From contig JAKBHL010000006.1 in assembly GCA_021836725.1 (NCBI GenBank), forward strand, positions 21,136 through 85,135: a stretch of 64,000 nt of DNA, written 5' to 3'. The translations under genes were made by a program, and so were the position numbers. Below, piece by piece: positions 7,725-16,183 of the stretch. Numbering within the stretch: the first letter of the stretch is position 1; every line of letters begins with the position of its first letter. This stretch comes from a bacterium (GTDB lineage Bacteria; Patescibacteriota; Minisyncoccia; Phycocordibacterales; Phycocordibacteraceae). The notes beneath the pieces were generated by a model. That model worked only from the letters and a program-made list of their open reading frames with translations. It searched no databases and was not told where the DNA came from.

Positions 7725-9176
7725 TCAGTCTCTGTTTTTATCCTGCGGCGGCGGCCGTTCTCTCCAGATAAAGGGCCCGAGATTCAGAAGTTCCGGCAGG
7801 CGGTTCAGATAGGGGATGTAGGGAAAGAGGATGAAGGTGAGCATGATGAATCCGAGGATGAACGCGGCATCCCGATCGCCGTACAAATTGTTCGGTAGAT
7901 TGAAAACGCTGTTGATCACGGCGAGCGGCAGAAGCCACCACGAGCCGGGCGGAAGCTTCCATACGCTTCCGGTCTCATCTTTGGTCATGCCCCACTGGAG
8001 GGTATCCATATTGAGCGTTGCGGCTTTCGCTTCCGGAATGCCCATGTCCACCAAAAAGCGCAAGCTATACGTGTTGTTGATGCTCGGATTTTCTTGATCG
8101 AGGAGCGACTCGTACAACCCGTTTCGCGCTATCGGCATAAGCGTATCGAGCATCGCGATGACAGGGTTCGTCGTGCTCGCGGAGAAATCCATGCTCGCGC
8201 CACGGACGTACTGCTGTGCTCCTTGGATATCGGCCTTTTGAAGAGCGGCCGGCGCTTCGGAAAACGCGGTCCACGCGTTTGGATTTTTGCCGTTTGTGAG
8301 GTACTGCTCGTAGGGCGTCACGACGTAGACCTGCCTGGTGTCGAAGGTGTAGGGATCAATGGAATCGAAATAAGTCGCGGTGTCCGAGGTGCGGGTAAAT
8401 TCTTGCAGAAGCGTCGTCGCGACAAGGCTCGGGTCTTGCCGGGCGATGTCCGCGATGCGCACTGCCGGCACGTACGGCGAGTGGAAGAAGAACGCGAGCG
8501 CGAGAATGAGCGCGACGAGCGCGCCGCCGCGGATGAAAAGGATGCGATGGTCCGCGGCAACCATCGTGTACGAAATATCTTTGCGGTAGGGGCGCGCGAT
8601 GCCGTAGGTGCGCTCAAGCGCGTAGTGGGCGAGGAAGAGCAGAAGTATCGTAAGCGGGATGATGGCGGTATGGATCACGAGCGTTTGCGTGTAGTTGAGC
8701 GGATTGAGCCAGTAGCCGAGATAGGCGCCGTTCCAGAAGTCCGCGCCGGAAACCGCGCGGAATTGTGAGGAAAAATCGCCGCGCAGGCCGTAGCCGAATT
8801 CAGTCTGGATGAGCACCAGGCAGAAAATGATCGCTCCAAAAACCCACACCATCCTGCGTGGCGCGCGGAATCCGCTCGTCGTAAACCCGACGAGAATGTG
8901 CAGTATGAGGATGAATATGAATGCCTGCACCGTCCACAGATGCACGCTCCGGAGGAAAATGCCCCAGGGATTCGTGAGCCACCACGTCTGGCCCATGAAC
9001 GCCATCGTAATGCCGGTGACCGCGAGCAGAAGCAGGCACGTGAGCGCCATGAAGCCGAGCGAATAGAATATTTTGTTGCCGTAGGAGGGCAGCCGGTGGA
9101 AATACACCTTGTCCCGAAGCGTTTTGAGAGCGTTGGTATGCGGGTCGTAGTGCGGAGACTCTGGTCCCTCGTCCAT
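7725..9176 (-). CDS. cytochrome-b-like di-haem membrane protein with a long C-terminal extension
   Basis: LRSVHLWTVQAFIFILILHIL carries two His 14 residues apart (helix B haem ligands) with R..H...A pattern. A second pair sits in VIHTAIIPLTILLLFLAHYAL. About 480 aa with further TM segments and a long C-terminal region. The exact start is uncertain. Confidence 0.5.
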   Translation of the reverse strand: MDEGPESPHYDPHTNALKTLRDKVYFHRLPSYGNKIFYSLGFMALTCLLLLAVTGITMAFMGQTWWLTNPWGIFLRSVHLWTVQAFIFILILHILVGFTTSGFRAPRRMVWVFGAIIFCLVLIQTEFGYGLRGDFSSQFRAVSGADFWNGAYLGYWLNPLNYTQTLVIHTAIIPLTILLLFLAHYALERTYGIARPYRKDISYTMVAADHRILFIRGGALVALILALAFFFHSPYVPAVRIADIARQDPSLVATTLLQEFTRTSDTATYFDSIDPYTFDTRQVYVVTPYEQYLTNGKNPNAWTAFSEAPAALQKADIQGAQQYVRGASMDFSASTTNPVIAMLDTLMPIARNGLYESLLDQENPSINNTYSLRFLVDMGIPEAKAATLNMDTLQWGMTKDETGSVWKLPPGSWWLLPLAVINSVFNLPNNLYGDRDAAFILGFIMLTFILFPYIPYLNRLPELLNLGPFIWRERPPPQDKNRD

Positions 9177-9216
9177 GGCTCTACCATAGCACGCGTGCCA
9201 AGAGCGGAGACGGTTC

Positions 9217-9996
9217 GTGATACACTATGCTCCGACACAACGATTGAAATCACTGCCACCGGCCATGATCCATCCGCATATCTACGTAAAAAAACTGGAT
9301 GAGCAGGATGGGTATACCGTCTGGCTCGTAAATGGCGCTATGGTCCGCAAGGAACTCGATGAGAACTTCGTCGAATATGACTACCACGGCCATTTTCGTT
9401 TCATTCCGGAAAAAGAATTCTGGATCGACGATGAAATGTCCGGAAAGGAATACGGTCTGTACATCAAACGCCTCCTCAAAGAGGTCTCTTTTCTGAAAGA
9501 GGGGATAACTGTCGCGGAAGCCGCCCACAAGGCCGACGCTTTTGAAGAAACGCTCCGGCAGAACGGAAAACGCATGCAAAAGATCCTCGCGTCCCAAAAC
9601 CAAGAGATGCTCCGCCGCACGCTCAAAAAAGAGAAGCTCGAAGAATACAGCAGCGCAGTAAGCGTGTGGCTCGTCGACGGTCCGCTCGTCAGGAGCGTGT
9701 ACATGCTCGGGTACGCCGAAGGGGGACACGACGTGGTGTATGCGTGGATTCCAAAAAATGAGATCTGGCTTGAAGAATCCCTCAAGGCGGAGGAGCGCGC
9801 TTTCATCGTCCTGCATGAACTGCACGAACGGTATCTCATGCTCTCGCAAAAGATGTCCTATGCGAACGCGCATCACGGAGCGACTATCATCGAAGATCAT
9901 TATCGAAAGAACAGGAAAGGGCTCGAAGAACGCATCCGTGAAGAAATAAAAAAGAATGATTCGGTTTCAGGCGATACGCCGCATAGCACGGTATAA
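9217..9996 (+). CDS. hypothetical protein with an internal tandem duplication
   Basis: Two related segments, VWLVNGAMVRKELDENFVEYDYHGHFRFIPEKEFWIDDE and VWLVDGPLVRSVYMLGYAEGGHDVVYAWIPKNEIWLEES. No known motif recognised. An alternative start exists at 9265. Confidence 0.4.
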   Translation: MIHYAPTQRLKSLPPAMIHPHIYVKKLDEQDGYTVWLVNGAMVRKELDENFVEYDYHGHFRFIPEKEFWIDDEMSGKEYGLYIKRLLKEVSFLKEGITVAEAAHKADAFEETLRQNGKRMQKILASQNQEMLRRTLKKEKLEEYSSAVSVWLVDGPLVRSVYMLGYAEGGHDVVYAWIPKNEIWLEESLKAEERAFIVLHELHERYLMLSQKMSYANAHHGATIIEDHYRKNRKGLEERIREEIKKNDSVSGDTPHSTV

Positions 9997-10041
9997 ACAA
10001 TAACGGGAGCTTTATGCTCCCGTTAGGAATGTACTTTTTTG

Positions 10042-10263
10042 TTATTTGAACTTGAAACTTAATTGTCGCGGCGGGCGCCTCGTTCCGCGGGATTTCCTGC
10101 CGCTCCGAAGCCCGCACTCCCGCAGAATACTCGTGCGGTGCGCGAGATATTCGTTTTTCCCGAGACTGTATTGCTTTAATACGTCATCAACGGCTTTCTG
10201 CATCGTCCCGCCGTTCTTGCGCCGCCGTTTGGCAGCTTCTGTCGCAAGCGCTTGAATGTCCAT
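10042..10263 (-). CDS. small basic hypothetical protein (73 aa)
   Basis: ATG (MDIQALATEAAKRRRK) preceded by GAGGAGG RBS. Confidence 0.4.
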   Translation of the reverse strand: MDIQALATEAAKRRRKNGGTMQKAVDDVLKQYSLGKNEYLAHRTSILRECGLRSGRKSRGTRRPPRQLSFKFK

Positions 10264-10329
10264 ACGAACCTCCTCACCAATGGGCACGCCGGATTATACC
10301 GTAGAAAATTGCGTTTGCCATGTGTCTCG

Positions 10330-10480
10330 GAACCCATTTCAAAACCCCACTCCCTGCGAGAGGTATGCGGCAGAAAGAGGCTTACGGAGCGTGACGACGC
10401 GAGTACGAGCTGCTTTTTCAGCAGAAAAAGACAGCGTACTCCTTTCTGTCGCATACCCGAGCGGGGGTTTTGAAATGAAC
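10330..10480. repeat. palindromic repeat element, copy 3 (right terminal repeat partly degenerate)
   Basis: GAACCCATTTCAAAACCCCACTCCCTGCGAGAGGTATGCGGCAGAAAGAGG...GGGGGTTTTGAAATGAAC. Confidence 0.75.
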
Positions 10481-10495
10481 TCCCCGAACAAGCGT

Positions 10496-11020
10496 TTAGC
10501 AGGTGACGCAGAGCCCTGCAGCGCGGCGCGCTGAAAAGTACAAGCCGATCGCCACGACAACGAGCATGGCCAGGACGATGTACGACTGATTTGCGGCGAC
10601 GAAGAGCGCGCCGCCGCCAAGGCCGAGCACGCCGAGCAGGATGCCGATACCGCACCCACACGAAGCGGCCGCGAGTACGCCGCCGGTGAACGAGGCGACG
10701 AGGCCGATGCCGCTTTCTCCGGCGGCGCGCAGGCTCCGCGTTCGGGAGCGTCGAAACGCAAAAAGCTCAAATGACAACAGCACGCCGGTCATAAGCGCAA
10801 GAGCGGCAAGCAAAGCATAGTTGAGCGCGGTCATCCGCGAGAGTTCGAGCGCGAGCGTGTTGCCCGGGACAAGCCACACGGGCACGAGAAGATACACGCT
10901 AAAAAACACAAGCGCGCTAGCTATTGAGATGATCCCGTACAAAGGTTTCCGAAACACACTCGCACCGGCGTGAAGCGTCGTGCGCATTTCAAGCCCGTAT
11001 TCTCTGTATTTCTCCAGCAT
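10496..11020 (-). CDS. integral membrane protein, unknown function
   Basis: Four to five hydrophobic helices and Gly-rich GxxxG-like stretches (LGVLGLGGGALF). Confidence 0.45.
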   Translation of the reverse strand: MLEKYREYGLEMRTTLHAGASVFRKPLYGIISIASALVFFSVYLLVPVWLVPGNTLALELSRMTALNYALLAALALMTGVLLSFELFAFRRSRTRSLRAAGESGIGLVASFTGGVLAAASCGCGIGILLGVLGLGGGALFVAANQSYIVLAMLVVVAIGLYFSARRAAGLCVTC

Positions 11021-11043
11021 AGGGCTATGCCCTCATTATATGC

Positions 11044-11652
11044 TCACCATACGAACAGGATAAGGTTCCATGTTTTTTTGGCGTATGCCGCGTAGGCGCT
11101 CCCGAAGCGTTTCTTCAAAGCGATTTCCTCGACGTGTATGCGCCAACGATACCCGATACATACGGTCGAGAGTATGAAAAGCAAGCCCATCCAATTTCCG
11201 AGCGCCAGACCCACGCCGAGAACGGAGATCATCGATCCGGTGTAAGACGGGTGGCGAAGGTACCGGTACGGTCCGGACGTGATGAGTTTATGGTCGTCTT
11301 GGATAAGGACAACGGTACGAAAATATTTTCCCAGTGTCTGAATTGACCAGAGGCGGAAGAGAATACCAACCCAGATCAAGATAATCCCCGAAGTGAAAAG
11401 CAAGGAATTCAAACTATCACTGTCGATACGGAATGCCGGCGCCAAGAAAGCAAAAGCAAAAGCAAGAAAAATCCCTGTGTACAGCATGGCCCAGAAAAAT
11501 AACGCGCTGTACCCGTCTGTATTATCGATGGTCGTTTTTGCGCGCACATCGCGCATGCTGACCCAGGTTTCAAAGACAAAGAACCACGAATAAAAACTGA
11601 CCCAGAAAAGGATTGCCCAAACGGGGTTATTGGTAATGGAGGATACGTTCAT
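11044..11652 (-). CDS. isoprenylcysteine carboxyl methyltransferase (ICMT/PEMT)-family membrane methyltransferase
   Basis: C-terminal RHPSYTG...EE..L...FG..Y..Y pattern typical of the ICMT / phospholipid methyltransferase family. Multi-TM. Confidence 0.65.
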   Translation of the reverse strand: MNVSSITNNPVWAILFWVSFYSWFFVFETWVSMRDVRAKTTIDNTDGYSALFFWAMLYTGIFLAFAFAFLAPAFRIDSDSLNSLLFTSGIILIWVGILFRLWSIQTLGKYFRTVVLIQDDHKLITSGPYRYLRHPSYTGSMISVLGVGLALGNWMGLLFILSTVCIGYRWRIHVEEIALKKRFGSAYAAYAKKTWNLILFVW

Positions 11653-11672
11653 GGCGGGTGCGCTACCGAGCA

Positions 11673-12389
11673 TCAGGAGAGGATCGGGACGGCATACGTT
11701 TTCCTAAAGAGGATGGAATAAATGGTTATGTCCGTGACCACGATGCACCAGATGATGAGTGCGAGCTGAGCGTATCCGAAAAATACCCCGAGGAATGCGA
11801 ATAAAGCGAGCAGTGCTTCCACGGTGGTTATTTTCAGTTTTCGGAAAACGACCGCTGGGTTTTGCATGGACGGGAGTCTCAGTGTGTAGGTAAGCATCTC
11901 AAAAAGGAGGAATGCCAGTATGAGGATGCTGAAATACCCGGGATGGGCGAAAGAGAACGCGAGAGAGAGGTGGAGGAAAAGCAAGACCGCATGGAGCATT
12001 TTTTGGATGATCGTGTGGGCAGGCAGGACTTTCGAGACGAATGAATGGGAAGCGTACTCTTTCCACACGAGCGTCCCGTAGATGATGACCAGGGGCCATA
12101 CGAGCATCAAGTTCTGCAGGGCAATAGCCACACCGATAACGCCGAACACAACGAATAAAGCGATTTTTGCCGCCGCCCTTTTTTGAGAACTCATAAAAAC
12201 GTATGACGCCAGTGTACCATGGAGTGTGGTCATGCTCGCATACCCAAGATGAAATCCGGATGAAGAAGCGCGGAATGCTCTCTTCTCTTCGGGTAATGGA
12301 ATAAAAAGAAAGAACGTCACAGAACCTAGGTTCTGTGACGTCCAATTTTGATACTCGAAGCGTTGCTTAAGCCATAAACACCAGGCCAT
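11673..12389 (-). CDS. integral membrane protein, unknown function (start uncertain)
   Basis: Mostly hydrophobic with six or more predicted helices. No motif recognised. Confidence 0.4.
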   Translation of the reverse strand: MAWCLWLKQRFEYQNWTSQNLGSVTFFLFIPLPEEKRAFRASSSGFHLGYASMTTLHGTLASYVFMSSQKRAAAKIALFVVFGVIGVAIALQNLMLVWPLVIIYGTLVWKEYASHSFVSKVLPAHTIIQKMLHAVLLFLHLSLAFSFAHPGYFSILILAFLLFEMLTYTLRLPSMQNPAVVFRKLKITTVEALLALFAFLGVFFGYAQLALIIWCIVVTDITIYSILFRKTYAVPILS

Positions 12390-12525
12390 ATCGTTCCATG
12401 TCGATTACGAAGCAAGCGGGGTTGATAGTTCCCCAATTGATTCGTTCATCACCAACAACGTAAGACACGTCCGGATGCATTTGGTCAAGCACTTTTGCTC
12501 CTACATGGAGATATGAAAGAATATA

Positions 12526-13197
12526 ATGATATACGAATCAATTTATATGAAGTTTCCCCAAAACCAAAAAGAGAATATAGTCGGTCTTCATTTCTTATAT
12601 TCCCTAGAGTTCGAGATTTCGTATGTGCAGAATCTCGTGAAGAAATTTGTATGGTATCTGGAACAGGGATATCCTTCCGAGCTCATCCTGCTTCCACAAG
12701 GGGTGACTCAGCACTCGACAGAGGAAGAGGTCACGCAGGCGTTACAAGTCGAATACGATGCTGCCGATTATGCAGCATGTGCCGCGAGCCTACAGGAAGA
12801 ATGGAGAGATATCTCTGGAGGTTTTGAGAAGATGTGCAAGGAGCCAGTATTTCGTCTTGGAGACGAGTACAGCGTCGTCTTGACGAAGTACGGTACGGGG
12901 GGTAATTACAACGTCACTATGAGCCGAGTGACTATCCGTATCAATGCTCAGTCCTCCAAGAAGATGGCGGCGACTGTTGTGCACGAGATTATCCACATGA
13001 CCATCCAATACCTCATCGATCAGTATCGTGTGCGGCATTGGCGCAAAGAACGTCTCGTTGACTTGCTTGTCGAACGTTATTTCCCGGGGTTGAAGAAGAT
13101 GCAGATGATCAAAGAGGATGTTTCGATGGTCGATTCGGCGTTCAGTGAATCGTTTCCGGATATTGAAGCGATAGTACGGTCGATCCGATCATCGTGA
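12526..13197 (+). CDS. hypothetical protein with an HExxH motif (possible zinc-metallopeptidase-like fold)
   Basis: AATVVHEIIHMTIQYLIDQY. AT-rich codon usage unlike the neighbouring core genes. Confidence 0.4.
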   Translation: MIYESIYMKFPQNQKENIVGLHFLYSLEFEISYVQNLVKKFVWYLEQGYPSELILLPQGVTQHSTEEEVTQALQVEYDAADYAACAASLQEEWRDISGGFEKMCKEPVFRLGDEYSVVLTKYGTGGNYNVTMSRVTIRINAQSSKKMAATVVHEIIHMTIQYLIDQYRVRHWRKERLVDLLVERYFPGLKKMQMIKEDVSMVDSAFSESFPDIEAIVRSIRSS

Positions 13198-13257
13198 ATA
13201 ACGCGTCTGGGCGCGAAGGCGCTATCATCGACGGAAACATCCGATGAAGTAATATCA

Positions 13258-13287
13258 GTGTTAACAAGGTTAAACCTTGTTCTGACA
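13258..13287. repeat. 30-bp direct repeat, copy A (GTGTTAACAAGGTTAAACCTTGTTCTGACA; contains an AACAAGGTT-A-AACCTTGTT palindrome)
   Basis: Identical 30-mer recurs at 14804-14833. Confidence 0.8.
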
Positions 13288-13321
13288 CAAAAATATATTT
13301 AATTTAGTATTAACTCACAGT

Positions 13322-13573
13322 TTGGCATACGCTATAATTAAAAGCCTGGCAGAAGTAGCTAGAAAAATGAAGGAAGAAAACTTTACATTTCCGAGGGGTA
13401 CTTTACATAAAGTTTGTTGGGATATCTATCAGAAAGATAAGAGTGGTCAATATGAATCTGACTATGGAGATTTTTCTGAAATCGAGATCGATCAAATGGA
13501 AGACGAAAAATTTATTACAACGTTGCAGGATGAAATTAATTATTTAGAAAATAAATATGGACAAGCTACATAA
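13322..13573 (+). CDS. small acidic hypothetical protein
   Basis: AT-rich 83-aa ORF with no recognisable motif. Its 3' end overlaps the next gene by 17 nt. Confidence 0.35.
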   Translation: MAYAIIKSLAEVARKMKEENFTFPRGTLHKVCWDIYQKDKSGQYESDYGDFSEIEIDQMEDEKFITTLQDEINYLENKYGQAT

Positions 13574-14540
13574 AAAACACGTTCACAAGACAAAATCTGG
13601 CGGTACCGTCTCCCAATTCATTGAATCAAAGAATTTACCGGCGGATATCCAAATCAGTTCGTTCATAAATTTTGTCCATTTTGGAAGCGAGGTAATTTTG
13701 ACGCCGGACGACGGTACGTCTTGGGGCCCGGTTTCCGGGGAAATAAAAGGGCAAGTGGACTGGAGAAAAGAACTGGTGCGCGAGACAGGTGAAAAGGCCG
13801 GAGTGTTGGTTGATGGTGTGGTCTTGTGCGGATATATTTCAAATGAAAGTAAGGTAGGCGATTCCGATTCCGTTACGACAATCTCTCCCATATGTTATTC
13901 CTATTGTCACGATATTAATCCCACGTGGACTCCGAAAGGAATAATGACGAGAGAACTTTTTTCTCATTCCAATGTTAAGGAACACCTAGCGAAGAGAAAC
14001 GACGAGGGTCAGATGTTAGAACTGTATCTGTATATACACGACCAGTTTAATAGGGATCTGCGCATCGAATTTTCTTTTTTACCCGACGAAATGCCGGATG
14101 TCATATTCGTGACATCGGCAATGGTTTTTTGCATCGATGATGACAATCGAATATGCCTTGTTAAAGACGGTGATGAGGATTTTTATAGTCTACCCGGAGG
14201 AGGTCGTAGGCTTCTCGAATCTCCACTGGAATGTGCAAAGCGGGAACTGCAAGAAGAGGCTCAGATTACCGCGAAGAACTTCAAAATCTTTGGAAGCATA
14301 ATCGTTAGCTTCTATTCAAACGACGTCTTGATCTCTAAGATGCAACAAGCCAGGTATATTTGCGACGTAGATGTTATGGGGGAATTCATTCCTTTCAAAG
14401 ACGGTTTCGAGACGGATGAAAGAATATTCGTTCAGGCGGATCAACTTCTAACACTTGGTAAACAGTTCAAAAATAATAACGGCATCCAAATCGTTGAGCA
14501 TTTAATAAAGATACAACTTGATCGAGAACACAACGCTTGA
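13557..14540 (+). CDS. two-domain protein: unknown N-terminal domain plus C-terminal Nudix hydrolase domain
   Basis: LPGGGRRLLESPLECAKRELQEEAQI matches the Nudix box GX5EX7REUXEEXGU. Confidence 0.6.
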   Translation: MDKLHKKHVHKTKSGGTVSQFIESKNLPADIQISSFINFVHFGSEVILTPDDGTSWGPVSGEIKGQVDWRKELVRETGEKAGVLVDGVVLCGYISNESKVGDSDSVTTISPICYSYCHDINPTWTPKGIMTRELFSHSNVKEHLAKRNDEGQMLELYLYIHDQFNRDLRIEFSFLPDEMPDVIFVTSAMVFCIDDDNRICLVKDGDEDFYSLPGGGRRLLESPLECAKRELQEEAQITAKNFKIFGSIIVSFYSNDVLISKMQQARYICDVDVMGEFIPFKDGFETDERIFVQADQLLTLGKQFKNNNGIQIVEHLIKIQLDREHNA

Positions 14541-14561
14541 TATTGAAGATCAGCTGTAGCT

Positions 14562-14813
14562 ATGCATGTGAAGAGAATCCCGCAGGAGATTATAGGCAAT
14601 CGAGATATTAGCACGGTCACTCTCGATATTGATGGAACGATGGTTAATGAGTACGTAGAAATGCCGGACGAGATTATCGATGCGGTTCGTCAGTTACTAG
14701 GCGCGAAAGTGCACATTGTGATTTGTACAGCTCGCAGTATTGAGAGTATTCTAAAACTTTTCAAGAAATTCTTTTCCGAAGAGGAGATGAGTCTATTTTC
14801 CACTCCGTGTTAA
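14562..14813 (+). pseudogene. truncated HAD-superfamily (Cof-like) hydrolase; only the N-terminal 83 aa remain
   Basis: VTLDIDGTMVN is HAD motif I (DxDGT). The reading frame runs straight into the second copy of the 30-bp repeat and stops there. Full-length members are about 270 aa. Confidence 0.5.
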
Positions 14814-14833
14814 CAAGGTTAAACCTTGTTCTG
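14804..14833. repeat. 30-bp direct repeat, copy B
   Basis: Identical to 13258-13287. Confidence 0.8.
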
Positions 14834-15157
14834 ACAGCAAAAAATGCGAACATCCATCAGCAAGGATCAGTCCCTTGGCGTCCCAAAATGGACCGAGCGG
14901 ATGATTGAGAAGTTCGGACCTGAACTCACCATGCGGCAGCGAGGGAGGCCAAGAAAAGGTATCTGACACCATTTCCACCATTTCCATCAATTTTGGAGGC
15001 CGCACATATGTGCGGTATGTTGCCTCAAAAGGAACGTTCTTGCTCAACAATATGTTAATCTCTATAAAACTGCTATTGACGCTTATCAGGCTGATAAGCA
15101 GTTTGAACCTTGGTCGCATTTAACAAGAACGCTTCAAGCCCAATTTAAATAGTCGCT

Positions 15158-16078
15158 ATGCAAGAAATCTCTGAAGCTTTAAAGGAATATGGCCTGTCTG
15201 CGAACTCGCCTATAAATCTTGTTCGCGAATCTGCGGACAATGTTGTGTATGTTATTGGTGAAGATGATAAGAAAATCTTAAGAATTAGCAAAAGACTTTC
15301 TGTTGAAGATGTTGCTTTCGAATATGAAGCAATAAAATACCTCGCACAAAATGGTGTACCTGTAGCGCACTGGCTAACGACGAAAGCGGGGAAGGAATAC
15401 TCGTTGGTAGATGGCCACGCCGCAGTTCTTTTTGATTTTTTGACTGGCCATCATATAAATGTTGATAAAGATAATCTCCCGACACAAGTTCAAGCTTATT
15501 CCGCCGGAGCAGAGTTGGGTCGTATGAGTAATGCCGCCAGTACGTTTACATCAAATGCTCCGAGAACGAGAACTATTTTTTCTGAGCTCGAGCGCGTGCT
15601 CTCCCTTGAAGAAATGTTTGTTAAGGATTTTGAAGGCGGTGAGGAATTCGTTAACCAAGTTAAAGAAGCACTAAAATTCGGTAGAGCACAAAACGAGATA
15701 ATTGGCTTTATTCACAATGACTATCGTCCAAGCAATGTATTTTTTGATGAGAACGATCAAGTGACGGGAATAATCGATTTCGATTGGAGCTGCATGGGCC
15801 CAGTAGTTAAAGACTTAGCTCTAGCACTCGTGGAATGGTCTTTCCCAGATGGAGCCACCGAAGCAAATATGGCGCTATTCCAAGGATTCCTAGATGGATA
15901 CAATTCTATTTCGAATAAGAAGTGGAAGAAGGACGACAAACTCTATTCTTGGATTAAATTCGCCACTCTTTCTGATGCATCAACATATTTTTGCGACTTG
16001 GCTGAAGACCTGACTTCAACTAAGCGAATCATTAAGTCGTATATGTATCGAAAGTTCACGTTCTTTTCACAAGCCTAG
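15158..16078 (+). CDS. phosphotransferase (APH / choline-kinase-like) family kinase
   Basis: IHNDYRPSNVFF (Brenner HxDxxxxN catalytic loop) and GIIDFDW (DFG-equivalent) motifs. Confidence 0.65.
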   Translation: MQEISEALKEYGLSANSPINLVRESADNVVYVIGEDDKKILRISKRLSVEDVAFEYEAIKYLAQNGVPVAHWLTTKAGKEYSLVDGHAAVLFDFLTGHHINVDKDNLPTQVQAYSAGAELGRMSNAASTFTSNAPRTRTIFSELERVLSLEEMFVKDFEGGEEFVNQVKEALKFGRAQNEIIGFIHNDYRPSNVFFDENDQVTGIIDFDWSCMGPVVKDLALALVEWSFPDGATEANMALFQGFLDGYNSISNKKWKKDDKLYSWIKFATLSDASTYFCDLAEDLTSTKRIIKSYMYRKFTFFSQA

Positions 16079-16183
16079 TCATGGAGCCATATCTTTATTT
16101 GCAGGGTTTAAAGAAGCTTGCCAAAGAGGCCCGTGGAGATGAAGTAATACATATCGGGATAAGACCTGTGCTATAGTCTTTGC

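Noticed and set aside
14844-14966. 40-codon ORF MRTSISKDQSLGVPKWTERMIEKFGPELTMRQRGRPRKGI as a possible transposase or integrase N-terminus
   Set aside because: Too short, with no downstream continuation in any frame and no recognisable HTH or DDE motif. Recorded only as debris in the rearranged region next to the 30-bp repeat.
16081-16176. 31-codon ORF upstream of the E1-like gene as a MccA-like precursor peptide
   Set aside because: It ends in Leu not Asn, has no Shine-Dalgarno, and starts 3 nt after the kinase stop. Nothing beyond position supports it.
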